A stretch of 32,000 nucleotides of DNA from positions 991,207 through 1,023,206 of the forward strand of contig JAUIFI010000001.1 of the NCBI GenBank assembly GCA_030429505.1, read 5' to 3'. A model generated the notes under the pieces. The model was not told the origin of the DNA. It saw nothing but the letters and a program-made list of their open reading frames with translations, and did no database searches. The position numbers and the translations under genes are program-made. Positions 8,236-17,350 of this stretch are shown here, in pieces; position 1 is the stretch's first letter; each line of letters begins with the position of its first letter. The DNA is from Candidatus Saccharimonadota bacterium (GTDB taxonomy: Bacteria > Patescibacteriota > Gracilibacteria > UBA4473).

Positions 8236-8942
8236 CCAAGGAAGGAGGTTTGACCTTTCTCAGTAGTTTTAAAGATCGTCCTGACGAAGGAAAGCCTCGA
8301 GAAAAATTAGAAAAATATGGACCCAAAGGCTTATCGCTCTGGGAATTAGTTGCTATTATTCTTCGTACTGGAGAAAGGCACAAGGGAGGACACTTTGAGG
8401 ACGTGGAAGAATTATCTCGGCGACTACTGGCTGAAGCGGGATTTAAGGGGCTCTTTGCCCAAAGAGACATCCTAGAAACCACAGATCAATATCAGGTCTA
8501 TAAAAGTCATGCTGAGATTTTGGTGGCTATATCTGAGATCCATCGTCGCTTAAAAGGCAATTTTGGGATCTTTGATGCCTCTGAACCCAGTAAAATTTTT
8601 GACCAATTGAAATCGCTCCAAAAAGCGAAACAAGAACAATGTCATGTCCTGCACATCGATAAACACAAAAAATGTACTTTTTCAGAGATGGTAGCCCTAG
8701 GAGGACAAAATACCGTCGCTGTTTCTTTTTCAGATGTCTTGAGAACTCCCTTGTGGCTGGGAACCTCAGAGATAATAATCGTTCATAACCACTTAGGAAA
8801 AACCAAACCTAGTAAAGCGGATATTAGCTGGACACTAGCCTTAGCAGAAGGAGCGTGGCATATGCATCATATCAAAATATCCGATCATATCATTATCGGA
8901 AGCGATGGATACTGTTCGTTTCAGGAAAAAGGATTGTTATAA
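8232..8942 (+). CDS. radC: RadC-like JAB/JAMM domain protein (UPF0758 family)
   Basis: N-terminal RadC pattern PREKLEKYGPKGLSLWELVAIILRTG. C-terminal JAMM-like HNHLGKTKPSKAD and DHIIIG. The ATG overlaps the stop of the upstream XRE gene (ATGA, 8232-8235). Confidence 0.85.
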   Translation: MTKEGGLTFLSSFKDRPDEGKPREKLEKYGPKGLSLWELVAIILRTGERHKGGHFEDVEELSRRLLAEAGFKGLFAQRDILETTDQYQVYKSHAEILVAISEIHRRLKGNFGIFDASEPSKIFDQLKSLQKAKQEQCHVLHIDKHKKCTFSEMVALGGQNTVAVSFSDVLRTPLWLGTSEIIIVHNHLGKTKPSKADISWTLALAEGAWHMHHIKISDHIIIGSDGYCSFQEKGLL

Positions 8943-9011
8943 AAAAACCGTCAACGCTATTATACGTTGACGGCATAGTATCAGTTTTGTTCTGATACGG
9001 TGCTCTTTTTT
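8941..9011. terminator. convergent terminator region with two hairpins
   Basis: First hairpin ccgtcaacg/cgttgacgg (8948-8973) is preceded by A7, which gives a T7 tail on the minus strand and would serve the 9021..10457 gene. Second hairpin gtatcag/ctgatac (8978-8998) is followed by a T6 run on the plus strand and would serve radC. Confidence 0.45.
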
Positions 9012-9020
9012 ACATAATTT

Positions 9021-10457
9021 CTATTGCTGTACAACTATCAATACAGTTCGTGATACGTTTCCAGATTGTACTTCCACAAAGTAACTACCTGGAACAAGAC
9101 CACTAGTCGATACTCTATTTTGATCGGGCATTTCCGTCTTACAAATACGTCCCATCATATCAAAAATCTTAACCTTGAGAGAAGAAATATTATCCTCTGT
9201 TACAAGGTGTGCGAATGATCCACTACTTATCGGGTTTGGGTAAATCACACTTTGATCTGGTGACTCAACTTTTTCCTCGATATGCACGGTAACATCAAAT
9301 ATCTCATCAAGACTCAACTGAAGGAGTCCTGCTCTGGTTCCAACCCATAAATACTCTTCATTGGCATACATTGCCTCAGTTCCAAACCAATTGTCCGGAT
9401 TCCACTCCGGAAATATGGCTTGAATATTTATGGGAATGGACTTCCCATCCTGTATAACAAAAGGAATTTGCGGATTCAAGACTGACGAAAATCCCACAAA
9501 CTCAATTGAGCCAACAGTAGCAAAGTGAAAATGAGAGACATGTCGTAAATCATCAGACAAGTAGTTCTCATGAACACCGTTAGACGGATTATATCGAATC
9601 ATCCTAGTCGGATAAAGAATATCATCGCTACCTATGCCAGAATGAGCTGTCATAATCAGAGATCCGTCAGATGCAATAAAAAGATTCTCTACCATTGCTC
9701 CATAAGAGACTCCTGCCTCATTAGGAACATGAAAGAGATCGAAAGAGTCTCTCTGTGGGTTATAGCGATAGAGCCCCCCTTGGGATTCAGGATGAATACG
9801 CATATAAGCGACCCACAGATCGCCATTGCCATCCTCGGCGACATTCGTTAGATGTCCAAATGTCGGGGAATACTTATGATGTTTCCTCTGGAGGGCATCC
9901 CCAAAAAGAAAAATTTCTTCATGAGGAGGTCCCACCCTGGAAAAAACAGTCCCATTTATGGTATCCCTAGATAGCACATTATGAGCTTTAGCAGTGATCC
10001 ACGTTCTGGAATGCGAATCCGTAAATATCGTATTAAAAATCCTCTCGTCGAGAGAGTCTTTCCAATCAGAACGATGCCATCTCTGTTCCACCACATCAAA
10101 ACGAAGGACTTCTCCCAGAAGAGTAACAATTGGATTGCCGTCTCTATCAAGTCCGAGATCATTGATTTGCATCACTTCAGTAGAATACGGATAATCGTAT
10201 TCTGCCATGGATACATTGACCCACTTGTCATCATCAGCATCGAACATCAGGATAGCAGAGTTCGTTACCAATAGATTGTTTATATAAGAGTTTTGATTGC
10301 CCAAGACCCATATTTGTGAGTCTTGATCCTCTACAATATCTACTATATGAAAACCATGAAACGATGATTCAGGGAACCAGCGTGATTGTCCCAAAGTAAC
10401 TGTCTGGCTAGAAAAGACCATGATCGTTACCAAAAAACAAAAACTTAGTTTTTGCAT
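9021..10457 (-). CDS. secreted beta-propeller-like protein with T9SS-type (Por secretion tail) C-terminal domain
   Basis: Signal peptide, then repeated (D/G)xxWV..T..GL-type blades resembling two-component-regulator propeller repeats (QIWVLG, RTWITA, DLWVAY, YLWVGTRAGLLQL). The last roughly 75 aa fit the T9SS CTD pattern: IYPNP...., VKIFDMMGR, SGLVPGSYFVEV. Confidence 0.75.
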   Translation of the reverse strand: MQKLSFCFLVTIMVFSSQTVTLGQSRWFPESSFHGFHIVDIVEDQDSQIWVLGNQNSYINNLLVTNSAILMFDADDDKWVNVSMAEYDYPYSTEVMQINDLGLDRDGNPIVTLLGEVLRFDVVEQRWHRSDWKDSLDERIFNTIFTDSHSRTWITAKAHNVLSRDTINGTVFSRVGPPHEEIFLFGDALQRKHHKYSPTFGHLTNVAEDGNGDLWVAYMRIHPESQGGLYRYNPQRDSFDLFHVPNEAGVSYGAMVENLFIASDGSLIMTAHSGIGSDDILYPTRMIRYNPSNGVHENYLSDDLRHVSHFHFATVGSIEFVGFSSVLNPQIPFVIQDGKSIPINIQAIFPEWNPDNWFGTEAMYANEEYLWVGTRAGLLQLSLDEIFDVTVHIEEKVESPDQSVIYPNPISSGSFAHLVTEDNISSLKVKIFDMMGRICKTEMPDQNRVSTSGLVPGSYFVEVQSGNVSRTVLIVVQQ

Positions 10458-10493
10458 AACTCATTCCTTACATTTTATAATTAGTGTTAAATT

Positions 10494-11195
10494 TCAACAT
10501 CCATCTTGGCAATCACGATCATATTCACTTTGTTCTGAACAGTCGGTTATACGCTCTTTACTCAGGAGCCTCATCCGTACAAAACGGTCCCCAAAAGTTA
10601 GATCATCTTGCCAACAGTATTGATAAGTTCTTCGACAGCAAGTGTTTCCACAAGCTTGCCATTTTGCAACTGTAACGGTCGTGGGATTTTCACCTTCTTC
10701 TGGGTAAGGGAGATCAAATCCGGGATCGCACTCACGAGAATCAGGATCAACTTCATAAGTACAATGAACCCAAATACCGCAAGAAGCACTATATATGCGA
10801 ACACTCATTGTGGTATCACTCGGTTCCGGAAAAGTATCATCAGCAAAGCCACAAGGAGGGAATGATCCTCTCTCGCTGACTCTCTCTACAAATGAGGATA
10901 TGGCAAATTCGAGTCCAACATTTAAGTTGTTCTCATACAAAGAAAGCCCTGGAAGGCTTTCACACTCTTCCTCAACGGAGATTGAGGTAATAAAAAATTC
11001 TGGTACATTGCTACCGTTACAAAATCGTTTTAGATAGAACACCCAGACATCACAATCCGGTTCTCCCAATCCGAGACGGATCCAAAGAGTGTCGCCCCAA
11101 GCATCACAGTTACTATCAGGTGGACACGGCTGAGCCATGACACCACTAAATTGAAAAAGAAAGACAAACAATAAGCAAATCAATCCTCTCTTCAT
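10494..11195 (-). CDS. secreted 16-cysteine protein, paralog A (unknown family)
   Basis: Signal peptide ending VMAQP, with 16 Cys in the mature part. The ATG at 11195 is preferred because GGAG lies 8 nt upstream; the track start is 11207. Confidence 0.72.
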   Translation of the reverse strand: MKRGLICLLFVFLFQFSGVMAQPCPPDSNCDAWGDTLWIRLGLGEPDCDVWVFYLKRFCNGSNVPEFFITSISVEEECESLPGLSLYENNLNVGLEFAISSFVERVSERGSFPPCGFADDTFPEPSDTTMSVRIYSASCGIWVHCTYEVDPDSRECDPGFDLPYPEEGENPTTVTVAKWQACGNTCCRRTYQYCWQDDLTFGDRFVRMRLLSKERITDCSEQSEYDRDCQDGC

Positions 11196-11233
11196 AAGAA
11201 GCTCCATTTAAAAAGTCGTGAATCTTTAGTGAA

Positions 11234-11923
11234 TTACAAACAACCATCCTGACATGGTATTGTTTGATACTTTTCCGCGTCGCTACAAGCGGTAATCTGT
11301 TCAGTACTAACAAGTTCAATATGAACAGAACGACCTGGACCTATTGAACAGTATCTAAAAGTTCTTTTGCAACAAGTAGTTCCGCAATCTTGAAATCGAT
11401 ATACGTCAACCTTGGACGGGGTCCCATAATCCAAAAAAGGTTCTTCAAAACCTCTTTCACACGTACGGGTAGTAACATCTACATCGTAGGTGCATTTCAC
11501 CCATACACCACACGAAGCGGTGTAGACTTGGGCATTGTAGCTAGTATCACTTGGGTTTGGATCTGAGCAGTCAGCCATGTTAGGGAAGTCTTGCCGTGCT
11601 CTCTGCTTTATAAAACCACGGGTGATAGTTTCAAATGCTACGCTTAGGTCGTACTGATAGACAGTAAGATCCCGCATTGCCTCGCATGTTCCCATATAGG
11701 AAACACCTGTAATAAGATATTGATACCCTTCATCGGGACAAAATCGTGATCTAAAATTCACTATAGCACGACAACTGGGATTAATTGTTATAAATCTTTC
11801 GTATTGCTCTGGTCCAAAATCACCGCAATCATCTGGTGGCGGACATGGTTGAGCAAATGCAGGAATTCCGCTATAAAAAAAGAGTAAACCAAAAAGCATG
11901 GTGAGATATTTGTAATATTTCAC
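11234..11923 (-). CDS. secreted 16-cysteine protein, paralog B (unknown family)
   Basis: Signal peptide ending AFAQP, with 16 Cys aligned with paralog A. GTG at 11923 is preferred because GAGG lies 6 nt upstream; the track start is TTG at 11935. Confidence 0.72.
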   Translation of the reverse strand: MKYYKYLTMLFGLLFFYSGIPAFAQPCPPPDDCGDFGPEQYERFITINPSCRAIVNFRSRFCPDEGYQYLITGVSYMGTCEAMRDLTVYQYDLSVAFETITRGFIKQRARQDFPNMADCSDPNPSDTSYNAQVYTASCGVWVKCTYDVDVTTRTCERGFEEPFLDYGTPSKVDVYRFQDCGTTCCKRTFRYCSIGPGRSVHIELVSTEQITACSDAEKYQTIPCQDGCL

Positions 11924-12131
11924 TTTATACCTCAAGGAATAAAAATAACAGGAAAGAAAGTAGAGTTAATTGCATACTAAAGAGATGCATTTTTAGGCGA
12001 ACAATGAATCAATACAAATTTTGGCGAACAACTAAACCAACAAGAAACACAAAAATAGAAGTTACGTAAAAGAGCTAAAAAATTATGAAAACATTAAAAA
12101 AAGTGTCAATCGTATTTCTAATCAAAAACAC

Positions 12132-14537
12132 TTATTGTACAAACAAAATTGGAAAACAGTACGGAAAGTTCGTAAAGGAACATGTTGGTTGAGGAGGATC
12201 ATCCTCTTCCAGACATTGTGCACTGGAGCTAGTGACATCACGCTGTCCAACTTTGTATGGATTCAAACTAATCACACATGGAACTGTTTTGGGAGTGCAT
12301 CGACTAGGACTCGTGACATCAATAATTTGTTTTCCAGATTCAGTATAATCACATGGATCTTCATGAACTAAGCCACTCGCTGTCTCAGGATCATCAATTT
12401 CTGGACGAAAGACAAACTTCTCATGAGCTTCTCCTTGAGCACCAATCACATTGACTGGGGTACGCCCCGGATCTTCGTTTGTCACTCCATTGATCAATTC
12501 CAAAAGATTGATACTCGGCGGCTCGGAATCGTAAAAATCAATATCAATTACAAGATCATTTGAATCTATACAATTACCTACACGATCACAAACTTCAAAT
12601 TCGATAGTCTTATTATCACAAAAACTACGCCCTCCTGAACGATCACAAAAATTTCCTACAACCGGAAAAGTCGCAAAGCTCGTGGCGGCATTTGGAAAAA
12701 AACATCCTGCCGTTCCGGAAGCTCCATCATCACAGAGAACAGTCAATGTTACCGCTTCATTTGTAAAGTACTCTTCGTTTGTAACTTGTTGACGAGTTTT
12801 CCCATCATAGAGAAAACTCACATTTGTAGGAACTGTTGTATCCAAAACAATAGAAGTGGTATTCGTCGTTTCGAGATCCGTTGACTCCTCAAAACCATCA
12901 CCAGCCAAATCAAATTGGATTTGTGGTATATAAACTCCATCAGGTACCGCTCCAAAAGCACTATTGGTATTTACTACAAAGGTATAGGCAGCATCTATAA
13001 TTCCTTCCGAATCAGACAACTCATTATCAGTAAGCACAAAAAACCCAGTCTGTCCCACTACCTGATTTCCACCGTCATAAAGCAAGACATTCACCTGACT
13101 TACATCTGGTTGCAATAACCCTGAAGCACCATCAATCAAAGTGCCGGAAAAAGCCAAGCTACGGAAATCAGTAAAATCTCCAGAAGCTGCCGGATTGGCA
13201 GCAGTATTATCAGTAGGTTCTGTCCAAGTATTCGATGGAGCAGCAAGCGACATCCCCCCCCATAAAAGAAAAGGTATAAAAAGCCACAGTCCTAGGCGGT
13301 CATGAAAAGGTTTATGCTTGTGATGTGAAAAAATAATAAAAAATCCTGCTACCACTAAAAGAGCCAAAAGGCTGTAAATAAACCATTTTTCCTTGACCAG
13401 ATTAGACCAGAGATTGAACTGATGTTGAACTTGTCTCTCCAAAGGAGATCGATAGTTCTCGGTACGAAGCGTTTTTGTCTCAATAGTAGAACCATTTTGT
13501 GATACATCTACTGTGAAATGAAATGTTGAAGCCCCTGGTTCTACAACATCAAAAGAAAAAAGTGTTTCAAATTCATCAAAATCAAATTCATTGACTTCTC
13601 TGGTTTCCGAAAAAGTATGATGCACTTCACCTTTTGAAATCTGTTCACCATTGACCGTAAAAGTGAGTGGATCTCGATTATTACGAGTGGTCCCAGCGAT
13701 AAAAAGATGAATCTTATTTCCTGGATCAATAAAGGTTTCCGGTTCAGCGTCCATAGCTCGGATATGGACAAAATCACCATCAATCAGGAATGGCTTAATA
13801 AGAGTCCCAGTTAACCGTTCTCCGTTTTCTGCAACAGCTTTGACTTCGACAATGTATTTTTTGGGAACGTCTGGAACAGGAAAAGAAAACTCTATTTCCT
13901 TTTTTTCTTTTCCCGTCAAAGTTTGTATATCACCTTTCGCTGAAAAGAATATTTTTTCACCTACTTCATGCTCAAAAACAGTTACTATAGGCACAAAAGA
14001 CAACTCTTTATCTAAAGAATCTGTATCTTGCCAAACAAGAAAAGCTGTCTGCATCTGGTTATCTTTCTCAACTCTCAGGTTAGATATACGAGTAATATCT
14101 TTATCCTGATTAATAACAATTTTTTGATGTCCTTGAGCTATCAAAGAGGCATTAAGCTGGCTTGTAATACGAAAATGAAGATTAAAATCCCCCGCTATAT
14201 TTTTCTGTGAAAAATCATAAGAAAAAGGGATTACAATCTGGGGTATTCCGTATTCTTGGGAATGAAATAAAAAACTATCATTCCATGAAATTTGCTGTGT
14301 CCATACCTCAGCTCCAAAAGAGTCAGTAATACTCCAAGAAATATCACCAATATCATTCGATAATGTGTTTTTAAGCCAAGCTTTCCCAGTCATCTGAGCA
14401 CCATCTATCTCCGGTCTGATATCAATAGTTTTTAATGATCTCGTTTTGATTGGAACGGCGTCAACACTTCCTATTCCTAAAAAGAAGAAGCTCAACGCAA
14501 CACAGATTCCTACCGAAGCAATGGAACGAACATGCAT
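12132..14537 (-). CDS. large surface protein with two ectodomains joined by a transmembrane hairpin (about 801 aa)
   Basis: N-terminal signal peptide. A central pair of hydrophobic helices (FIYSLLALLVVAGFFIIF, then LGLWLFIPFLLWGGMSLAAPS) is separated by a basic loop SHHKHKPFHDR. The C-terminal part is Cys-rich. The first ATG is at 14537; the track TTG is at 14543. Confidence 0.72.
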   Translation of the reverse strand: MHVRSIASVGICVALSFFFLGIGSVDAVPIKTRSLKTIDIRPEIDGAQMTGKAWLKNTLSNDIGDISWSITDSFGAEVWTQQISWNDSFLFHSQEYGIPQIVIPFSYDFSQKNIAGDFNLHFRITSQLNASLIAQGHQKIVINQDKDITRISNLRVEKDNQMQTAFLVWQDTDSLDKELSFVPIVTVFEHEVGEKIFFSAKGDIQTLTGKEKKEIEFSFPVPDVPKKYIVEVKAVAENGERLTGTLIKPFLIDGDFVHIRAMDAEPETFIDPGNKIHLFIAGTTRNNRDPLTFTVNGEQISKGEVHHTFSETREVNEFDFDEFETLFSFDVVEPGASTFHFTVDVSQNGSTIETKTLRTENYRSPLERQVQHQFNLWSNLVKEKWFIYSLLALLVVAGFFIIFSHHKHKPFHDRLGLWLFIPFLLWGGMSLAAPSNTWTEPTDNTAANPAASGDFTDFRSLAFSGTLIDGASGLLQPDVSQVNVLLYDGGNQVVGQTGFFVLTDNELSDSEGIIDAAYTFVVNTNSAFGAVPDGVYIPQIQFDLAGDGFEESTDLETTNTTSIVLDTTVPTNVSFLYDGKTRQQVTNEEYFTNEAVTLTVLCDDGASGTAGCFFPNAATSFATFPVVGNFCDRSGGRSFCDNKTIEFEVCDRVGNCIDSNDLVIDIDFYDSEPPSINLLELINGVTNEDPGRTPVNVIGAQGEAHEKFVFRPEIDDPETASGLVHEDPCDYTESGKQIIDVTSPSRCTPKTVPCVISLNPYKVGQRDVTSSSAQCLEEDDPPQPTCSFTNFPYCFPILFVQ

Positions 14538-14667
14538 ATTCAAGGTGTGTTTTTCTTTCCCTCATTCTAAAAGCTTTCCATTTGAAAGCAAAATTTATTT
14601 ACAAGGCGTTAAAAAAGAGCTAAAAGTATTGCCAATTTTCACAATTCGCGGAAAATAAAGACCGACT

Positions 14668-16182
14668 ATGAAATTTCGTCGCAAAAAAAGAAGAACGCCC
14701 TATCGTTATCAAAGGCGCCGTACTCGGCGTCGAAATTTTGCTCCACTGATAACCTTTATTATAGCATTTTCCCTGTTTGTATTTTTGAGTATCAAGCTCA
14801 TAAAAGTTATTTTTTCCGGAGTTCGATCTGAATCAGTCGCCTCTGAGATTCAAGTCATCAAGGGCAGGACAGAATTTTACTTTCCAGAAAAAGAGGAGTG
14901 GACTCCAGCTTATTCAGAACTCAAATTTTTAGAGGGCGATTCAATTCGTACTACCAGTAATTCTCAAGCTTCTCTCGAATTTTTTGGCGGAACACTTGTT
15001 TTTCTCGACGAAAATACCGAAATTAATCTCAAAGAACTATCAGAAAAATCATCCGGTCAAAAAAACACGGTCATTCACCTCAAGCAAGGTCAAATTTGGG
15101 TAAAGGTATCAGAGGATGATTTTGATACCGAAAAAGATTCGAAATTTCAGGTCCTAACGAATCGAGTCAAAGCTCATGTTCGGGGAACCATCTTTGATTT
15201 AACCACGAGTACCGATCAAGATGTTATTCGGCTCATTAAAGGGAATGTGGATGTAGATGTTTTGGGAGAAAAAGAAGATGAAGTTTTACAAAATATAAAA
15301 GTAGAAGTTGGACAAAAACTCGTCGTATCTCCTGTAAATATGGAAAATATCCAAGCCGGACAAGATGTAAAAGAAATCATTGACACTGAATTTATTGAAT
15401 CTGAATGGCATCTTCAAAATCTCGAACAGTTTTTTCCTCAAGAAGCAGCTCAAATTCGAAGAAGAATTGATATTACCACTCCGCAAGAACAACCAAAATT
15501 AGAGGAAACTCCAAATCAATCCGGAGAAGGCATAGAAGCTCCAGTAATCTTGGAACCAGCTAGTGGGACAACTGTTGTAGCTAGTGCCGATAGTGTCAAA
15601 ATTGAAGGAACAGCACCCTCAGACGCTATGCAAATTGTCGTTAATGGATATACCTTGAGTCGATTTCAGCCCGGAGATCGTAAATGGGTGTATTTTGCGA
15701 GTACCAAATTTGGCACGCTCTTACCCGGAGAAAATAACTATGAAATCATTGCTGTTTCACGAGAAGGACAAAAATCAGCTCCAGCAAAACTCGCAATCAC
15801 CTACCAAGGAACAACTACCCCCACAAATACAGAAGCTTCCGTAGCTCCTATAACGGCAGCGACAATTGATGATTTTAAATCACCAGTTATTACTTCTCCC
15901 CCTATTCTTAATCCTGGAGAACCATACCAAACCTCAGCTCCAGCAGTGACGATTAAGGGTATAGTCGACCCTAAGACCAATGCAGTCGAAGTCAATGGAT
16001 TTCGTCTTCAAAAGTTCGTCCCTGGAAAAACAGAATTCCAATACGTAGCCAATTCACAAGTCGCGAGTCCAAATTTTAAGACTGGAGAAAATATATTTGA
16101 AATCGTTGCTTTTGGACCGGATAACAAAAAGGCCAGCACCACACTTAAAATTCTCTATAATCCGGTTACTGTAACTCCATAA
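14668..16182 (+). CDS. membrane-anchored FecR-domain protein with two C-terminal Ig-like repeats
   Basis: Arg-rich cytoplasmic tail (KFRRKKRRTPYRYQRRRTRRR), one TM helix, then a FecR-like pattern (LKFLEGDSIRTTSNSQASLEFFGGTLVFLDENTEINL ... VRGTIFDL ... LIKGNVDV). Two homologous modules of about 90 aa follow (VNGYTLSRFQPGDRKW.. and VNGFRLQKFVPGKTEF..). Confidence 0.78.
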   Translation: MKFRRKKRRTPYRYQRRRTRRRNFAPLITFIIAFSLFVFLSIKLIKVIFSGVRSESVASEIQVIKGRTEFYFPEKEEWTPAYSELKFLEGDSIRTTSNSQASLEFFGGTLVFLDENTEINLKELSEKSSGQKNTVIHLKQGQIWVKVSEDDFDTEKDSKFQVLTNRVKAHVRGTIFDLTTSTDQDVIRLIKGNVDVDVLGEKEDEVLQNIKVEVGQKLVVSPVNMENIQAGQDVKEIIDTEFIESEWHLQNLEQFFPQEAAQIRRRIDITTPQEQPKLEETPNQSGEGIEAPVILEPASGTTVVASADSVKIEGTAPSDAMQIVVNGYTLSRFQPGDRKWVYFASTKFGTLLPGENNYEIIAVSREGQKSAPAKLAITYQGTTTPTNTEASVAPITAATIDDFKSPVITSPPILNPGEPYQTSAPAVTIKGIVDPKTNAVEVNGFRLQKFVPGKTEFQYVANSQVASPNFKTGENIFEIVAFGPDNKKASTTLKILYNPVTVTP

Positions 16183-17226
16183 ATGAGTGATACAGGATAT
16201 TTCGAATACTCAGATAGTCATAAAAAAGCATGGGATGATTTTGTTCTCCAATCTTCTTACGGTTCGATTCATCAAGTTTCTGACTGGAAATCATTTCAGG
16301 AAAAAATTCCAGGACGAGAAATAATTCGTGGATTTGGAATCAAATCAAAAGACCAGATCAAAGCGGTCACTTGGTGCATTCAAATGAAAACAGGGTTTCG
16401 GGATACTTTTTGGTGGTACTCTCCACGAGGACCAGTCTTTGATCCCATTAAGGATAAAAAATACGGCGAATTACTGATCGACCATATTCAATCTCAATTA
16501 CGTCAAACCAAAGCTCTTTTTTGGCGCTTTGATCCTTATTTTTCAACTCAAGAGTTTGAAACTCTCAAGGTTAAAACCCAAATGAGACCTTCCACTCAAG
16601 ACTACCAACCCACCAATACTTTGGAACTTGATCTAAACAAATCAAACGACCAGCTACTTAGCGAAATGAAGAGAAAAGGACGGTACAATATTAAGCTTGC
16701 GGAGAAAAAATCATTACGAGTTGAAGTCATTGAAAAAGGAAAATTTACAGATCAAGATATCAATGACTTCTGGCGACTCAATACCGAAACTACAAGCCGA
16801 GATGGATTTTCAGGACATGAAAAGAGTTATTACCAAAAACTTCTTACTTTCGTAAAAAATTATGCAGTCCTGTTTTTTATAACTACTTCTGATAATGTCC
16901 GTATTGCAACCGCTATTTCTACCTTTTGCAGTTCGAAAGCTATTTATTATTTTGGAGCTTCAACTTCCAATCCAGAACATCGTCCTCTTATGGCACCCTA
17001 TTTACTTCAATGGGAAATGATACAATTCGCTAGAATAAAAAAATGTACGACTTATGATTTTCTCGGCATCGCTCCCGAAAATGAACCAGATCATAAATAT
17101 AGTAGTATATCAGAATTTAAATGGAAATTTGGTGGAGAACGAAAAATTTATGGCAGAGGCAGAGAAATTGTCTTTTCTCCGTTCTGGTATCAAATCTATC
17201 AAGGAGTCAAACGACTTAAATCATAA
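16183..17226 (+). CDS. FemAB-family peptidoglycan interpeptide-bridge aminoacyltransferase (MurM/FemX-like)
   Basis: FemAB family pattern: MKRKGRYNIKLAEKK, TTSRDGF, YYFGAS....HRPLMAPYLLQWEMIQFA, YDFLGI, EFKWKFGG. The ATG immediately follows the upstream TAA (16180-16185 TAAATG). Confidence 0.85.
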   Translation: MSDTGYFEYSDSHKKAWDDFVLQSSYGSIHQVSDWKSFQEKIPGREIIRGFGIKSKDQIKAVTWCIQMKTGFRDTFWWYSPRGPVFDPIKDKKYGELLIDHIQSQLRQTKALFWRFDPYFSTQEFETLKVKTQMRPSTQDYQPTNTLELDLNKSNDQLLSEMKRKGRYNIKLAEKKSLRVEVIEKGKFTDQDINDFWRLNTETTSRDGFSGHEKSYYQKLLTFVKNYAVLFFITTSDNVRIATAISTFCSSKAIYYFGASTSNPEHRPLMAPYLLQWEMIQFARIKKCTTYDFLGIAPENEPDHKYSSISEFKWKFGGERKIYGRGREIVFSPFWYQIYQGVKRLKS

Positions 17227-17350
17227 GAAAAAATCCGACAAAGCGTTTAAAACGTTTCGCCGGATTATAAAGTTTTATGCTCCAATATCCATCATCAATC
17301 CTATCTCACCAACACTTACTCCTTTGAAAAAGAGAAACTTTCTTCCTCCT

